From the NCBI GenBank assembly GCA_000091205.1, contig AP006498.2: a stretch of 64,000 nt of DNA; one strand, given 5' to 3'. The notes beneath the pieces were generated by a model. That model was not told where the DNA came from. It saw only the letters and a program-made list of their open reading frames with translations, and made no database searches. The stretch is from Cyanidioschyzon merolae (Eukaryota). A program made the translations under genes and the position numbers. This document shows positions 22,210 through 32,879 of the stretch, one piece after another. The first letter of the stretch is position 1. The number at the start of each line of letters is the position of its first letter.

Positions 22210-23847
22210 ATGGACGTTGCCTGCGCACCATACAGAACACAGTCGCTTGGATGGGGCATCCTAGCGACGCCTGCACTTGGCGAAAAACCTCGCTGTGTCA
22301 AACTGCGGCGCGAAACCACGCCTTGGCCGTCCCTGCGTAGACACTGGCCTGGCTGTCTGCGACACGGCACGAAGCCGCTGTCGAGGGACATCGGTCTGCT
22401 GGATGCGGTGCATTTGTACCTTAGATCGAATGTACAGCTGCGTGGAGGCGCTGCCGCTGGGGGTCCGTCCAGCTGTTGCATGAGCGCAGACTCGCCAGCA
22501 CAGCACCAGCGACGGTGGAAGCGCCCTGGGCAAACGTCCGGAAAGCGTCGCCCGCGCAAGTCTTTGACTTCACCAGACAGCGAGCGTGCTACAAACGAGG
22601 AGGAGCAGTCAACACCGAGGCAAGCGGACACAACGCGAAAATCGCCCTCTGGTAGTGCAGCACTAGCGGTAAAGTCGCAGCCACCGACAGCGACGACGGA
22701 GAGCACCATTCCGCAGTGCTCGCGCGAGTTCATCGAACTCTGTCGCGTACAGTTCGAAGTACTTGCGAGTGTCCTCGGCGTAACTCGTTGTGCACTGTGC
22801 GTACGGCGCGAAGCACCCGACGGTGCCCTAGAGTTTGTGCCGCTCTGTGTATATCCCGAGTCGCAGTGTGTCTGGGTGGTTGGCGCAGCGCCTGGCTCTC
22901 GTCCGCCGGTAGGCCCAGCGGCACTGCCGGGTGGCGTCGCCGCTGGACGACTGCTCCCCGAGTACCCTTTTATTGACCTGAACGCTGACACTGCAATGCC
23001 CTTGACTGACGGGGGATTATCGGCGCCACTCCTTGATGGGAATACCGTGCTCGGAATCTTGGTCGTTTGGCGCGATCACGGAACCGATTCAACGCCGAAG
23101 CCACGAATACTGCCCGAAGAACCCTCGCACTGGACCATGGACGAGCGTGTGCGACTCGTTTCAATTGCGAAGACGCTTGCACTAGCGCTCGTACTGGACC
23201 AGCGTCATCGGCACAAGGCGTCTGGTGCATCACAGGCGTCAACGCGAGCTGTGGTGTCATCATCACCGACGAATGACGGTGACATGCAAGAGGTAGGCTC
23301 CAGATGCGAGCCCCGTGCCTCAGCCGAAGCGCCACCGCATTCGCATGCCGACCCGTTGGCTCCAGCGTCAGCGCGAGAACCGAAGGCCCCGACAGGTGAG
23401 CGAACGTCGCTGAAGCGCAACCGCCGGAAGCGCACGGAGAACAGCGCCCAGCTGCCTGCGTCGGAAACGCTTGCGCACTGGGTTGACACGCGAGTACTGT
23501 CCAGTCATGAGCGCCAAACTTGGGGCTCTGCGCAGGCTCGGGAGAGCGCCATGATCGCACAAATTCGCGACGTACTCAGCAATATCCTGCACCAAGCGAA
23601 AAGCCCAATCACGGCTTTGCGCACCTTTGGAAAGTTACTTCTGCGTCGACTGCCCCCCGGTGATGTGAATCGAGACCTGGCCCGTGATATCATTGTACAG
23701 TGTGAGCGACTGAATGAACTCTTATCGCCGTTGGACACTGTGACCTTGCAGGTTGCCCAGTTGCCACCAGCGAAGGATATCGATCGTGTTTCGCCAGCTG
23801 CGGCCTCAAAGAACGCACGCCCGTGGCCAAGGTCGATGCCGCACCCG

Positions 23848-23883
<36 letters not shown>

Positions 23884-24945
23884 GCGGCAACGTATGCGCT
23901 ACCAGGCAGGATGTTGCCACCGCCGCCACGCTCCTTGCTGCTCCCGGCACCAGGAACAAATGCACAGGACGCAGTAGTGACACCAAGCAATACCAATGAT
24001 GATGATGATGATGAGCTACTCCATAGTAGGAGTAGCGCCCTCGAGAACGGCAGACTACACCTCTGTTGGATGAACGACATCGTGCGCCCGCTGCTCGGTA
24101 CTGCAACTGCGCTGGCCATGGAGCACGGCGTTGAGCTGCGCGCGCGCCTTGATCAGGTACCTGCGATTCTCGCCGATGCCTTTGCGCTTCGTGAGGCAAT
24201 CAGTAACGTGCTCGAGAACGCTATCAAGTATACGGGCACGGTACAACCTGGCGCTCGGGGTCGCCTTGTCCTCCTCTGGATCCAACTCGTATCCCTGAAT
24301 GCAGGCAGAGATCGCAGCGCGGGTGAAATCACGGAACTGCGCCCCCTGGAAGCAGTGCCTGGTGGTACCTTCGATGCAGAGGAGCCGCAGGCACACGACG
24401 ATCTTGCAGTGGCCCTGTTCGTCGGGGATACCGGTCCGGGTATCCCTCGTGGTGAACTGGAACGAATTTGGGAGCGCGGTTATCGAGGACGTCGCGCTCG
24501 GCAGGACAGCGCTGCAGAGCGCGCGAGTTTGGAAGCAGGCTCCGCTGGAGCAGAGAATCGCGAGAACTCGCCTATCTCGTTACCGTCAACATCGAGACGG
24601 ATGCAGTCGGGCGCATCCGACACTGACTCAGCGCAGCATGGATTAGGACTCTACTTGACGCGCCAGCTCGTAGAGCGTATGGGCGGTATGGTCATTCTAC
24701 AGAGTCCGTGGCCGCAATCAGAGCGAGCGCGTTCACCACCCGGTATCAGTGGGACCACAAACGATGCCCAGTGGGCGACACACATCCTTCCGCAGAACGC
24801 ACCGCCCCTTGAGGAGATGCACGTCTACGTCAACGCACCGGCAGCGGATTCAACGACTCGAACGGGGCAGCGAGCACATCGTCGAGGGACCCTCGTTGGT
24901 ATTGTGTTTCAGCGAGCAATATCGGCTGGAACGCCCGCTTCATAG
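22210..24945 (+). CDS. GAF-domain sensor histidine kinase (HisKA + HATPase_c), no receiver domain
   Basis: ATG at 22210. GAF-like region ...PLCVYPESQCVWVVGA...LLDGNTVLGILVVWRDHG. H-box HQAKSPITALRTFGKLLLRRL, N-box LENAIKYTG, G1 VGDTGPGIP, G2 GLGLYLTRQLVERMGG. No D...D...K receiver after the kinase. A poly-Thr/poly-Q insert lies between the H and N boxes. Confidence 0.8.
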
Positions 24946-25099
24946 TATATATTCCCGGGGCTATGAGCTCGCGCAAGCGATGTGCTGGTTCGCGAGCACC
25001 TGCGCTGGTGCCAGTCGTGCTGGTGCGCACGCGTCTCGACTGGTAGCGAGTCAGCGGTGCGGGTGCGGCTTCTGGGGAACCGCGGGCGCGCTCCAAACG

Positions 25100-25160
25100 T
25101 ACACACACAAACACACACAGGCATACACAAACAGAGAGAGACAGACATACATACACACAG
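25100..25160. repeat. CA/AC-rich microsatellite
   Basis: acacacacaaacacacacaggcatacacaaacagagagagacagacatacatacacacag. Confidence 0.6.
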
Positions 25161-25406
25161 GGCGTGTTTCGCGGCTGTCGTCCCAGAGAGGAATCCTGGC
25201 CCCGTGACGTATGCATCGTCGGCTGTTTGTTGGTGACACGGGGGTTTGGTGCTCCCCCGAATAAACAGCAGGCTGTTGTTTACGATACATGGCGAGTTCT
25301 CGAGTCTGCAGGTAACGAAAGGGGTTCCTGCGACGGGCACCCGGGTTGATCAAGCGCGAGCTTCGATACTGATAAACGGCCCGCTCGTTGTGTATGCGTC
25401 GTCTAT

Positions 25407-27734
25407 CTAGTGACCGGACGACGTCGGTGCACCATTACCCGCATGATGATCATCTTCTTCATCAAAATCATCATCATCATGAGTATCCGTTTGTCTGGTT
25501 TGCTGTGCTGCCTGGTAGAATGTAAACGTTTGGAGAACTTGCCGCTGAAAAACAGCCTTTGTCTGTAGTCCTGTCACCTTGTCATGCTTTTTCAAGATCT
25601 TTTCGAAGCCGGTTGCATTCAGTTCGATAAAATTCACCAGTTCCATGATTTCGACGTAGTGCTCTCGATACCGTTGACGGAGGAGCGCGAGTCGCTGCTG
25701 GTCTTGACGTCGCAGGGAGGCCTCGGCATCGACGGCGAGCGCTTGCGAGATGCGCTCGAGCTCTCGCTCCATGGCGCAAAAGAAAGCGTCTACCTTGACA
25801 GCTTCGATATGGAGGCGCTCGAAGAAGCGACGTTCCATTCGCCAAAAGGCCTCCCGATGCGATTGAGCCCATTGCTCGCTCGACATGAGCGGTGTGCTGG
25901 GTAGCGCACCGTTCCAAGGCTGCGCTCTCATCGTCGGGTTCCGAGACGCAAGTGTGGATCGTTGCGGCACTGCGACTACGGGCGCTGCGAGCGGGCTCGA
26001 GTATGCCAGTGTATGAGTCGTCTCGGCGGTTTGAAAACGAGACGGTGGCCTCTTATTGCAGCAAGCTCCCGGAGGCGTCTCGTTACGATCCTGTGCAGGA
26101 GGTGTTCTGGGTGGAATGATTTCCCCCAGGAGCGGGGTGCGCTCGTGCACGGGCTTGCTCCGTACAGCCGATGCTGGGTAGCACGCTGGCGACGCCCTGT
26201 CAGAGCCAACAGACGTTCGCGGACTCGTGCCTGGTGCATCGCGTCTAGCGGAAGCGTCTTCTCGCAGTGCGGCGCCCGGAAGCGGCCTCGCGAGTTGCAG
26301 CGGTGGCGGTGCTGCGGACGAGCAGGCATTGGCGGACCGCTCAGGCGCCGCCGCAAAATAGTCGCTGGGTGCATGACGCGGTGCACCGTGCTCTAGTTCG
26401 TAGAGCACATTCGCACTGGCCGTTTTCCGGAGCGCTGGAGCCAGTCGAGCGCTACGACTCTCGCGACGCTCGATCGCAGCAGCGCTGGTGTCCCCCGTGC
26501 TGGCCAATGGCGATGCTAACGGTCGTGGATAAGTATCCGTATGCATCGCTGGCGTTAGATTCAACGCAGTAACGTGTGCATCTGCTGCTCGTGCTGTTCC
26601 CGCTGCGTGAGCATCTTGATGAACACTCGGCGACGCAGCCTCGTCTTCCGCAGGTGCCGTCTGCGCACCATTCAGAGGTACGCGTGCGGCTGGGCACGGT
26701 GCGTCGCGGTGCCCTGCATTTTCTCCAGCGCTCGGGAAACCTCTCAGAGAATCAGGTACGCATCCCGTAACCGAGAAGCTGTGCTGTGAACGCAACGCGT
26801 TGCCACCCGGGTCACCAATGTGGTCGTCGTCGTCGTCGTCGTCGTCATCGCTTTCATCATCATCATCATCATGATCGTCATTATCGTTATCGTTCTTGGT
26901 AACGGTGTTGCGGTTGCGAGTCCTGCTGTCATTTGCGGCGCTAGCGCCCCCGGAGGATGCCATGTCCGCGACCCGCAAACGTTCCGCGTGATCCTCCACC
27001 CATCCAGGCGATTCTGAGACCTGCGATACCCCCGAGGGCATTCTGGTTGCTCCCCGTGCAGATTCGCTGCAATCGCCCGGTGAAGCAGACCGAGGTTCCA
27101 CTGCGGTGCTCGCTTGCGCAGATATCCCGCCCGACACCTGTTTCTCGTTTCCAATGGCGTGCATCCACACACTAGCCCGCGTGCGCTGCTCGATATCCTC
27201 CGAGCCAGCAGAGATAACCGACACGCGGGCCAGACGGGCTCGCTCCTGCTCTGTCGCGTGGTGTTCGAGTCCTGTGCTTGGCGCGCTGGCCGCGTCTGAA
27301 GGAAGACGCTCGAATTTAGCGTCCGTCTGAGCATGGGGTGCAGCACCAGCGCCATCAGCTGTTTCTGGTGCTAATGCTACTGCCTCCGCACCCCAGGAAC
27401 CGTGTTCCACAGGGGAACGGAGCGGGGCTATTCTTGCTGTCGCTCTCGCATGTAGCGTATCCACTTCAATTTCCTCCTCTGGGGGCGGACTCGACACCGA
27501 AGCAGTGGAAGACGAAGCACCCCGTCCACAGACCGCGTCTCCACGAATCCATATAGCTAGCGTAACTTCACGAAGCGGTGAACAGCTCATGGCGGGATCA
27601 CCGGCCCCGTACTTGCGGAGCTGCTGTCGCACACTGCCCAGTCGGGAGATATATTTTTTCAACTCGCTATAATCAAGATAGTGCTCCCGCCACTCTGCAA
27701 CTGCATTGTACATGAGCTGCTTTGAGAACTTCAT
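25407..27734 (-). CDS. SPX-domain protein (SPX split by a ~550 aa disordered/acidic insertion)
   Basis: ATG at 27734 gives MKFSKQLMYNAVAEWREHYLDYSELKK, the SPX N-terminal subdomain. The C-terminal part of the SPX domain follows (...FFCAMERELERISQ...GFEKILKKHDKVTGL). The track start at 27743 is TTG. A poly-D/E stretch DDHDDDDDESDDDDDDDDDH lies in the insert. Confidence 0.85.
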   Translation of the reverse strand: MKFSKQLMYNAVAEWREHYLDYSELKKYISRLGSVRQQLRKYGAGDPAMSCSPLREVTLAIWIRGDAVCGRGASSSTASVSSPPPEEEIEVDTLHARATARIAPLRSPVEHGSWGAEAVALAPETADGAGAAPHAQTDAKFERLPSDAASAPSTGLEHHATEQERARLARVSVISAGSEDIEQRTRASVWMHAIGNEKQVSGGISAQASTAVEPRSASPGDCSESARGATRMPSGVSQVSESPGWVEDHAERLRVADMASSGGASAANDSRTRNRNTVTKNDNDNDDHDDDDDESDDDDDDDDDHIGDPGGNALRSQHSFSVTGCVPDSLRGFPSAGENAGHRDAPCPAARVPLNGAQTAPAEDEAASPSVHQDAHAAGTARAADAHVTALNLTPAMHTDTYPRPLASPLASTGDTSAAAIERRESRSARLAPALRKTASANVLYELEHGAPRHAPSDYFAAAPERSANACSSAAPPPLQLARPLPGAALREDASARRDAPGTSPRTSVGSDRASPACYPASAVRSKPVHERTPLLGEIIPPRTPPAQDRNETPPGACCNKRPPSRFQTAETTHTLAYSSPLAAPVVAVPQRSTLASRNPTMRAQPWNGALPSTPLMSSEQWAQSHREAFWRMERRFFERLHIEAVKVDAFFCAMERELERISQALAVDAEASLRRQDQQRLALLRQRYREHYVEIMELVNFIELNATGFEKILKKHDKVTGLQTKAVFQRQVLQTFTFYQAAQQTRQTDTHDDDDFDEEDDHHAGNGAPTSSGH

Positions 27735-28011
27735 GGTACTCAAACGTAAATCGTCTGTTGCATACTATGCTCAAGATCAGCAAGAAAATAGTGGTTCAAC
27801 GCACAGCGCGTTCGTGCTCCTGCACGCTCTCCAAGTCGAGCGCTCTGAACGAGGCGGCACCTCCGGCTCGCTCGTGATGCGCGTTAACGTTCGAGCGGCG
27901 GTTTCGTGCACGCCCGACACCGCACCATCAACGCCGCTCTAAAGTCGAACGACTTCGGGCGTGTACAGTAGTGGCGGCAACCGTGCCCTAGACTTAAAGT
28001 CTCCAACTGAA

Positions 28012-29092
28012 GTGCAGACGCTTCCTAGGCTTTCTGGACCGGGCACTCACTACTGCTTCCAACTTGTTCTCATATAGTTCGAATTTGAGAGATTGTCCAA
28101 TAAAGTTCATTCTTGTCCGCTCTGGAGGTCTCGTCTCCAGCGCTGCACATCTGCTTATATTGATAGCGGCATTAAAGTCGCGATTCACGAATTCCATGCG
28201 TTTCGTGCCATCATTGGTTGTACTTACCAATGCAAGGAGTCCACGAACTTTCGCCCTCCTTTCCATTTGCTCCTCCGTCAGCGGTCCATACTTTTTTATA
28301 TCTTCAGGGCTCCGCTGTCACTTTTCCATCTCCACTCTCTGAAGTGTACACCCCAGTTCATGCTGTGTATAGGACGTTCGGAACACATCTATCGGTATCG
28401 TGACGAAACGCCGTGCACACTCTTTGTACGTTCTTGTCGTTGGAGCTGGTGTACACCCTTTTTGGGTCTTCCATCGCCCTGCTCCGTACGCGACTACGAG
28501 CGTCTGACTGTCATCCTCCTTCAAGGCGCTCAACTCATTGAAAAAGTTCGCGAACGCCCGCTGTTTCCCACAGTATAGATTCATGCGCAGACGAGCCGGC
28601 CGGGGCTTTGTATATTCTTCCCACAGCGCATCCCAATGCGCAAACCGATCTTCTATGAATTTCCGAAAAGCTGTAAAGCCCGCTCCTCGGCTCGTCACCT
28701 CGCTCATAGCTTCCAGGTGATCTTTCATTCCTGAATTCCACGTACAAATTTTCTTCCTCGCATTCATTATACCGGATCCTCGATAGCATCTTGCTCTCGA
28801 GAACCTCAAAAAGACGCATATCTTTCTGACGTAAGTTACCATCAGTCCCATCTTCCGCACACTTTGGTACAGCGATGGTTATGATATTCGTATTCCCAGG
28901 GTCCACGCCAACGACAAAGTCGTTATCCTGCACCTCCTGCATCGCAGGATCCCCATCATTCTCATCTACATCCTTCGCCGAGCCGTCTACAAGGTTGTAC
29001 TTTTCCACTTCCTGCGTCACAGAATCCGCGTCCTTCTCGTCTATATTCTTCGCCACGGGCGAAGCCGAAGACGGACCAGGAGACGGGCCCAA
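28012..29092 (-). mobile_element. Fanzor/TnpB-like element, copy 1 (5'-truncated, diverged subfamily)
   Basis: Minus-strand ORFs give FVVGVDPGNTNIITIAVPK (RuvC-I), VVAYGAGRW...[29 protein letters not shown]...[14 protein letters not shown], a single in-frame TGA, then [11 protein letters not shown]...EFVNRDFNAAINISRC (RuvC-III). The 3' terminus ...gcgtctgcac lies at 28012 (minus strand). Confidence 0.8.
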
Positions 29093-29999
29093 CGGCGCTG
29101 GAGGCGCAGAAGAACGCGTTTGCCGTTGGCATGGATCCCGGGAACACCCACATCGTTACCATCGCAGCACCCAAGCGTGAGGAAGATGGCTCTGACGGCA
29201 ACTTACGTCAGAAAGACATAAGTCTGTTGAAGCTCTCATGAGCGAGATATTACCGAGAATCCGGTATAATGAATGCAAGGAATAAAAGTGAGACATCGAA
29301 TTCAGGAGTGAAGGGAATTTGGAAGCGATCAGCCGGGTGACGAGCCGCGGAGCCGACATGGAAGCGTTTCGAGAGGCCATGAGCATTCACGCAGCTCATG
29401 ACGAAAGCCTTTGGAAAGAATGCACAAAGTTCAGGTGGGCTCGTCTGCGTATGAACCTGTACTGTTGGAAACAGCGAGCATACGCCAGCTTTTTCAATCA
29501 GTTGAGCGCCCTCAAGGAGGACATGAGCCAAAGGCTCGTAGTAGCATACGGGGCAGGTCGATGGATGCCCCAAAAAGGGTGTACACCAGCTCCAACGACA
29601 AGAACGTACAAGGAGTGCGCACATGGTTATGTCGAAATACCTTTAGATGAGTTTCGAACATCTTCTACACACCACGAGCTGTGTTGTACACTTCAGAGGG
29701 TCGCGATGGAGAAAAGCCAGCGGCTCGCTGACGGAAATGCAAATGGCAAGGAGGGCGAAACTTCGAGGACTACTCGCATTGGTTACTACAACTACTGATG
29801 GCAAGAAACGAATAGAGTTCGTGAATTGAGACTTTAACGCCGCCATCAGTGTAAGGAGGTGTGCAGTACTGGAAAGAAGACCCCCGGAGTTGGCGAGAGC
29901 CAACTTTGCGAGGCAACCTCCCAAAATGGAGTGATACCAGAAGAAGTTGAAACCAGTAGTAGGTGGCCAGTTGCTGAACGCCAGCACAGTCGTCTGCAC
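29080..29999 (+). mobile_element. Fanzor/TnpB-like element, copy 2 (5'-truncated, head-to-head with copy 1)
   Basis: AFAVGMDPGNTHIVTIAAPK ... [48 protein letters not shown] ... RRAKLRGLLALVTTTTDGKKRIEFVN then TGA then DFNAAISV, a stop inside RuvC-III. It ends ...cagtcgtctgcac at 29999 and is about 80% nt identical to copy 1. Confidence 0.8.
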
Positions 30000-30330
30000 A
30001 TCGATGGGTAGACATTCGGTCTACGGCGGACGGTGTGAGAAGCGCCACTCTTGTACACTGGCTTTCCAGCGTTTCTCTTTTGCAAGGCGTTTGGTGGTGT
30101 TTCCAGAGACGAATTGTTTATCAAAAACGTCTTCTGTCGATCTTCGAAACCAACGTGCTGCTTCCTCTGTGCGGCACGGGGCGTACGCTATGCGCTTTTC
30201 TGCTGATTGACAGCGGAAGCGACAAGTCCGGTTACTGCCTTGAAGACTTAGACGCTTTGGAGAGACCATCATATCGATGGTTTCAGTTTTCTGACCTCCT
30301 CCTAACCACCACGCTCGGATCTCTGTTGCA

Positions 30331-31243
30331 ATGGCACGCGCAGCAGCTCTCATGGCAGCCAAAGCTGAACCCGGGCATCGAGAGAGTGGAAAGCTGCATC
30401 AAAGGTGGCGCAAAGCCAAGGAAGCCGGTCATCTGAGCAAGCTTGCATCGCCTGCAGAGCTGCGAGCACTCGTCCATGCGAAACTGACACCCGAGGAGCA
30501 AGTGCTTTCTGGGATGCAGTGTGCAGGGCTGGCAGCCAAGGCACTTGAGGTACTCGACAAGTCGCGTACATCTTTAGAGCAAGACATAGAGTACGAGTCG
30601 TGTGACTGGGAAATAGAATCGGACGATGCCATGGACCGTGTTGCGAGACGATTCCTTGCCGATCTCGAACAGCTAAAGCAGACTGGCAGCACGCGTCGAC
30701 TCACCCAACTCAGTATTTGGCGTCGCATCAGTCGCTAGGTCGTACTGGCGGAAAGGCGAGCATGAACTGCAGGCTGAAGGCAGTCCTTTTGTGAGGCAAG
30801 TCGCGAAGATCGCGGACCAGGCATCCAAGACTCCGGGATACCGCCAGGTCGTTGCCTGGGAGCATCTGGAAGAGCTCGCAGATGCGGCAACTGCAGATGG
30901 TGTATTCGGTTCGCAGTCGCGGTCGATGTCACGTATCTTACGTCGCCCAGAAAGTCGGTTTCGACTCTTGCTCACGAAACTAGAGCTTGGTGAGGAGCTC
31001 TGCACACGCGACGAGCGGCGTTTGATGCTGGCATTGGATACCTCTGATGCGAGATTTGAACCCGAACGCATGCGCTCGAGGAAGAGGGCACCTGGTGGAG
31101 CGCAGGATGGCGCCTCTGCAAAGCGCGACCACGGGAGGTCTGCATCCGTTTCGTCGTCGTCGTCGTCGTCGTCGTTAGAGCCAGAGCACGAGGACGACGT
31201 GCACCGAGCGGCCAAGAACGCGTCTTCTGCGAGAAAGAAATGA
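30331..31243 (+). CDS. hypothetical protein (two adjacent non-repetitive ORFs, possibly one spliced gene)
   Basis: ORFs 30331..30738 and 30791..31243 look protein-like (non-repetitive, balanced composition) and end in a poly-Ser acidic tail. No recognisable domain. Confidence 0.3.
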
Positions 31244-32294
31244 CCACATCATCGGCGACGATCATCCAACAAAAACGAAACCCTGGAGAATCCTCAGTGA
31301 GCCAGCATTTGAGCGAGATTGCCGCTGAATCATCGCCGTGCCCTGGCCCTGTGGATATCGCATGATGCATCGTTTACAGCGTTTCACCCATGATACTGGG
31401 TGGTGATTATCGCCGCCGGAATACCTCAGGACTAGATCGCGGATCGTTGGAAGCTACGCTCGCGTCCATCGCGTGTACCATGTGCTGCAAAAGTGGTGCT
31501 TGTCTGCAGCTCCACAAAGAGCACATGATCGCGTGCTGTGCTGCGAGCACCACGCCGCCGGCCTCTGTCGGCAAACGCGCTCAAAGGCGTACTCGCGACA
31601 AGCATGAATTCAGCAGGAGTATTGGCGCTGGTTGAGGCACTACGACTGACTATCGAGAGACCAATCTCAGCAACCGCAGCATGCGTCGATCACTGGGGCG
31701 CAGCTTAAACTCCAGCAGCGATGCGGCCGCGTCAGAGCCAGACCTGCAGACTAGTGGACAGAGCGCAGCATGCCTCATTCTGGATTTCGCACAAGTACCC
31801 GCCAGAGACGCTTCTCAGGGTAGCCAGTGGCGGATCGCGTCTATTTCGCTACCGGGAATTCGGACGGATTCCGCGTCCAGTCGACCGGGGACGGTTCACG
31901 CTCTCCACTCGGACGTCAACGCGTTTCACTTTGGCGATGAAGGTGCTGCATTCATCCACCGACCAGTCTGCATGACGATTCGACGAACATCGGGCGGAAC
32001 CTTTGATGCATACCTCTGGAGCATGATTCGCAGAGGTGTACTTTTTTGCAGGTCGTCGAGGTGGAGCATGTGGCGAGAGCCACATATTTGAGCGACCTCG
32101 CACCGGGCGTGATCCAAGACACCATTCGGCTGATGCTCAAGCGTGCCTCGCGTACCCGACATGTCGTTGCTCACCTTCGTGATGCTGGTGTGCTTCTGTG
32201 GGTAGCGCACTTGCGCCCGTTTGCGAAGCGTAGCGGACCTTGAGGACAAATGGCACGCTCCAGCAGCCATGCGCTTGCATAGGTCATGCATTCA

Positions 32295-32847
32295 TCATGT
32301 GCTGCTTTCCAAAGCAGCACCCAGGGCGGGGTCATCAAACACGTCGTGGAAATCCCAGAACTGTACATTCCAGCGGGGGTGGTAGCGTCGACACCAGCGC
32401 TCAAACCCCTGGATATATGCGGGTCGCAGGTGCGCATCCAAAGCGTTCCGGAACGCTACCATGGACTCCTCGATGATCGAGGGGTCCATGAGAATGCTCC
32501 CCGACAACGGATCCAGCATCACCTTGACCGGAACATGCTCATAACCCCAGAAAGGCAGTTTCGTCCCGATATCGCCGACCGCTGCCCATCGGAATGAAAA
32601 CGGCACATGTCGCTGGAACGCTGCAGCGAAAGCGCGATTCCCGACTCGAGGCGACCCAAAAGTCACACTCATCACCAGATCCGATGACAGACGCAACGAC
32701 TGTGAATTCTCAAAACACGTCATATCGAGGGCAGCGATGCTTGCCAGAGCCCCGCCGAGAGAGTGACCTCAAAAGATCACCGGTTTGTGGTTGCAAGATG
32801 CACTATCCAAGGAGTTCATCGCACTACACGGTTGCGCTTCGCTCGCA

Positions 32848-32879
<32 letters not shown>

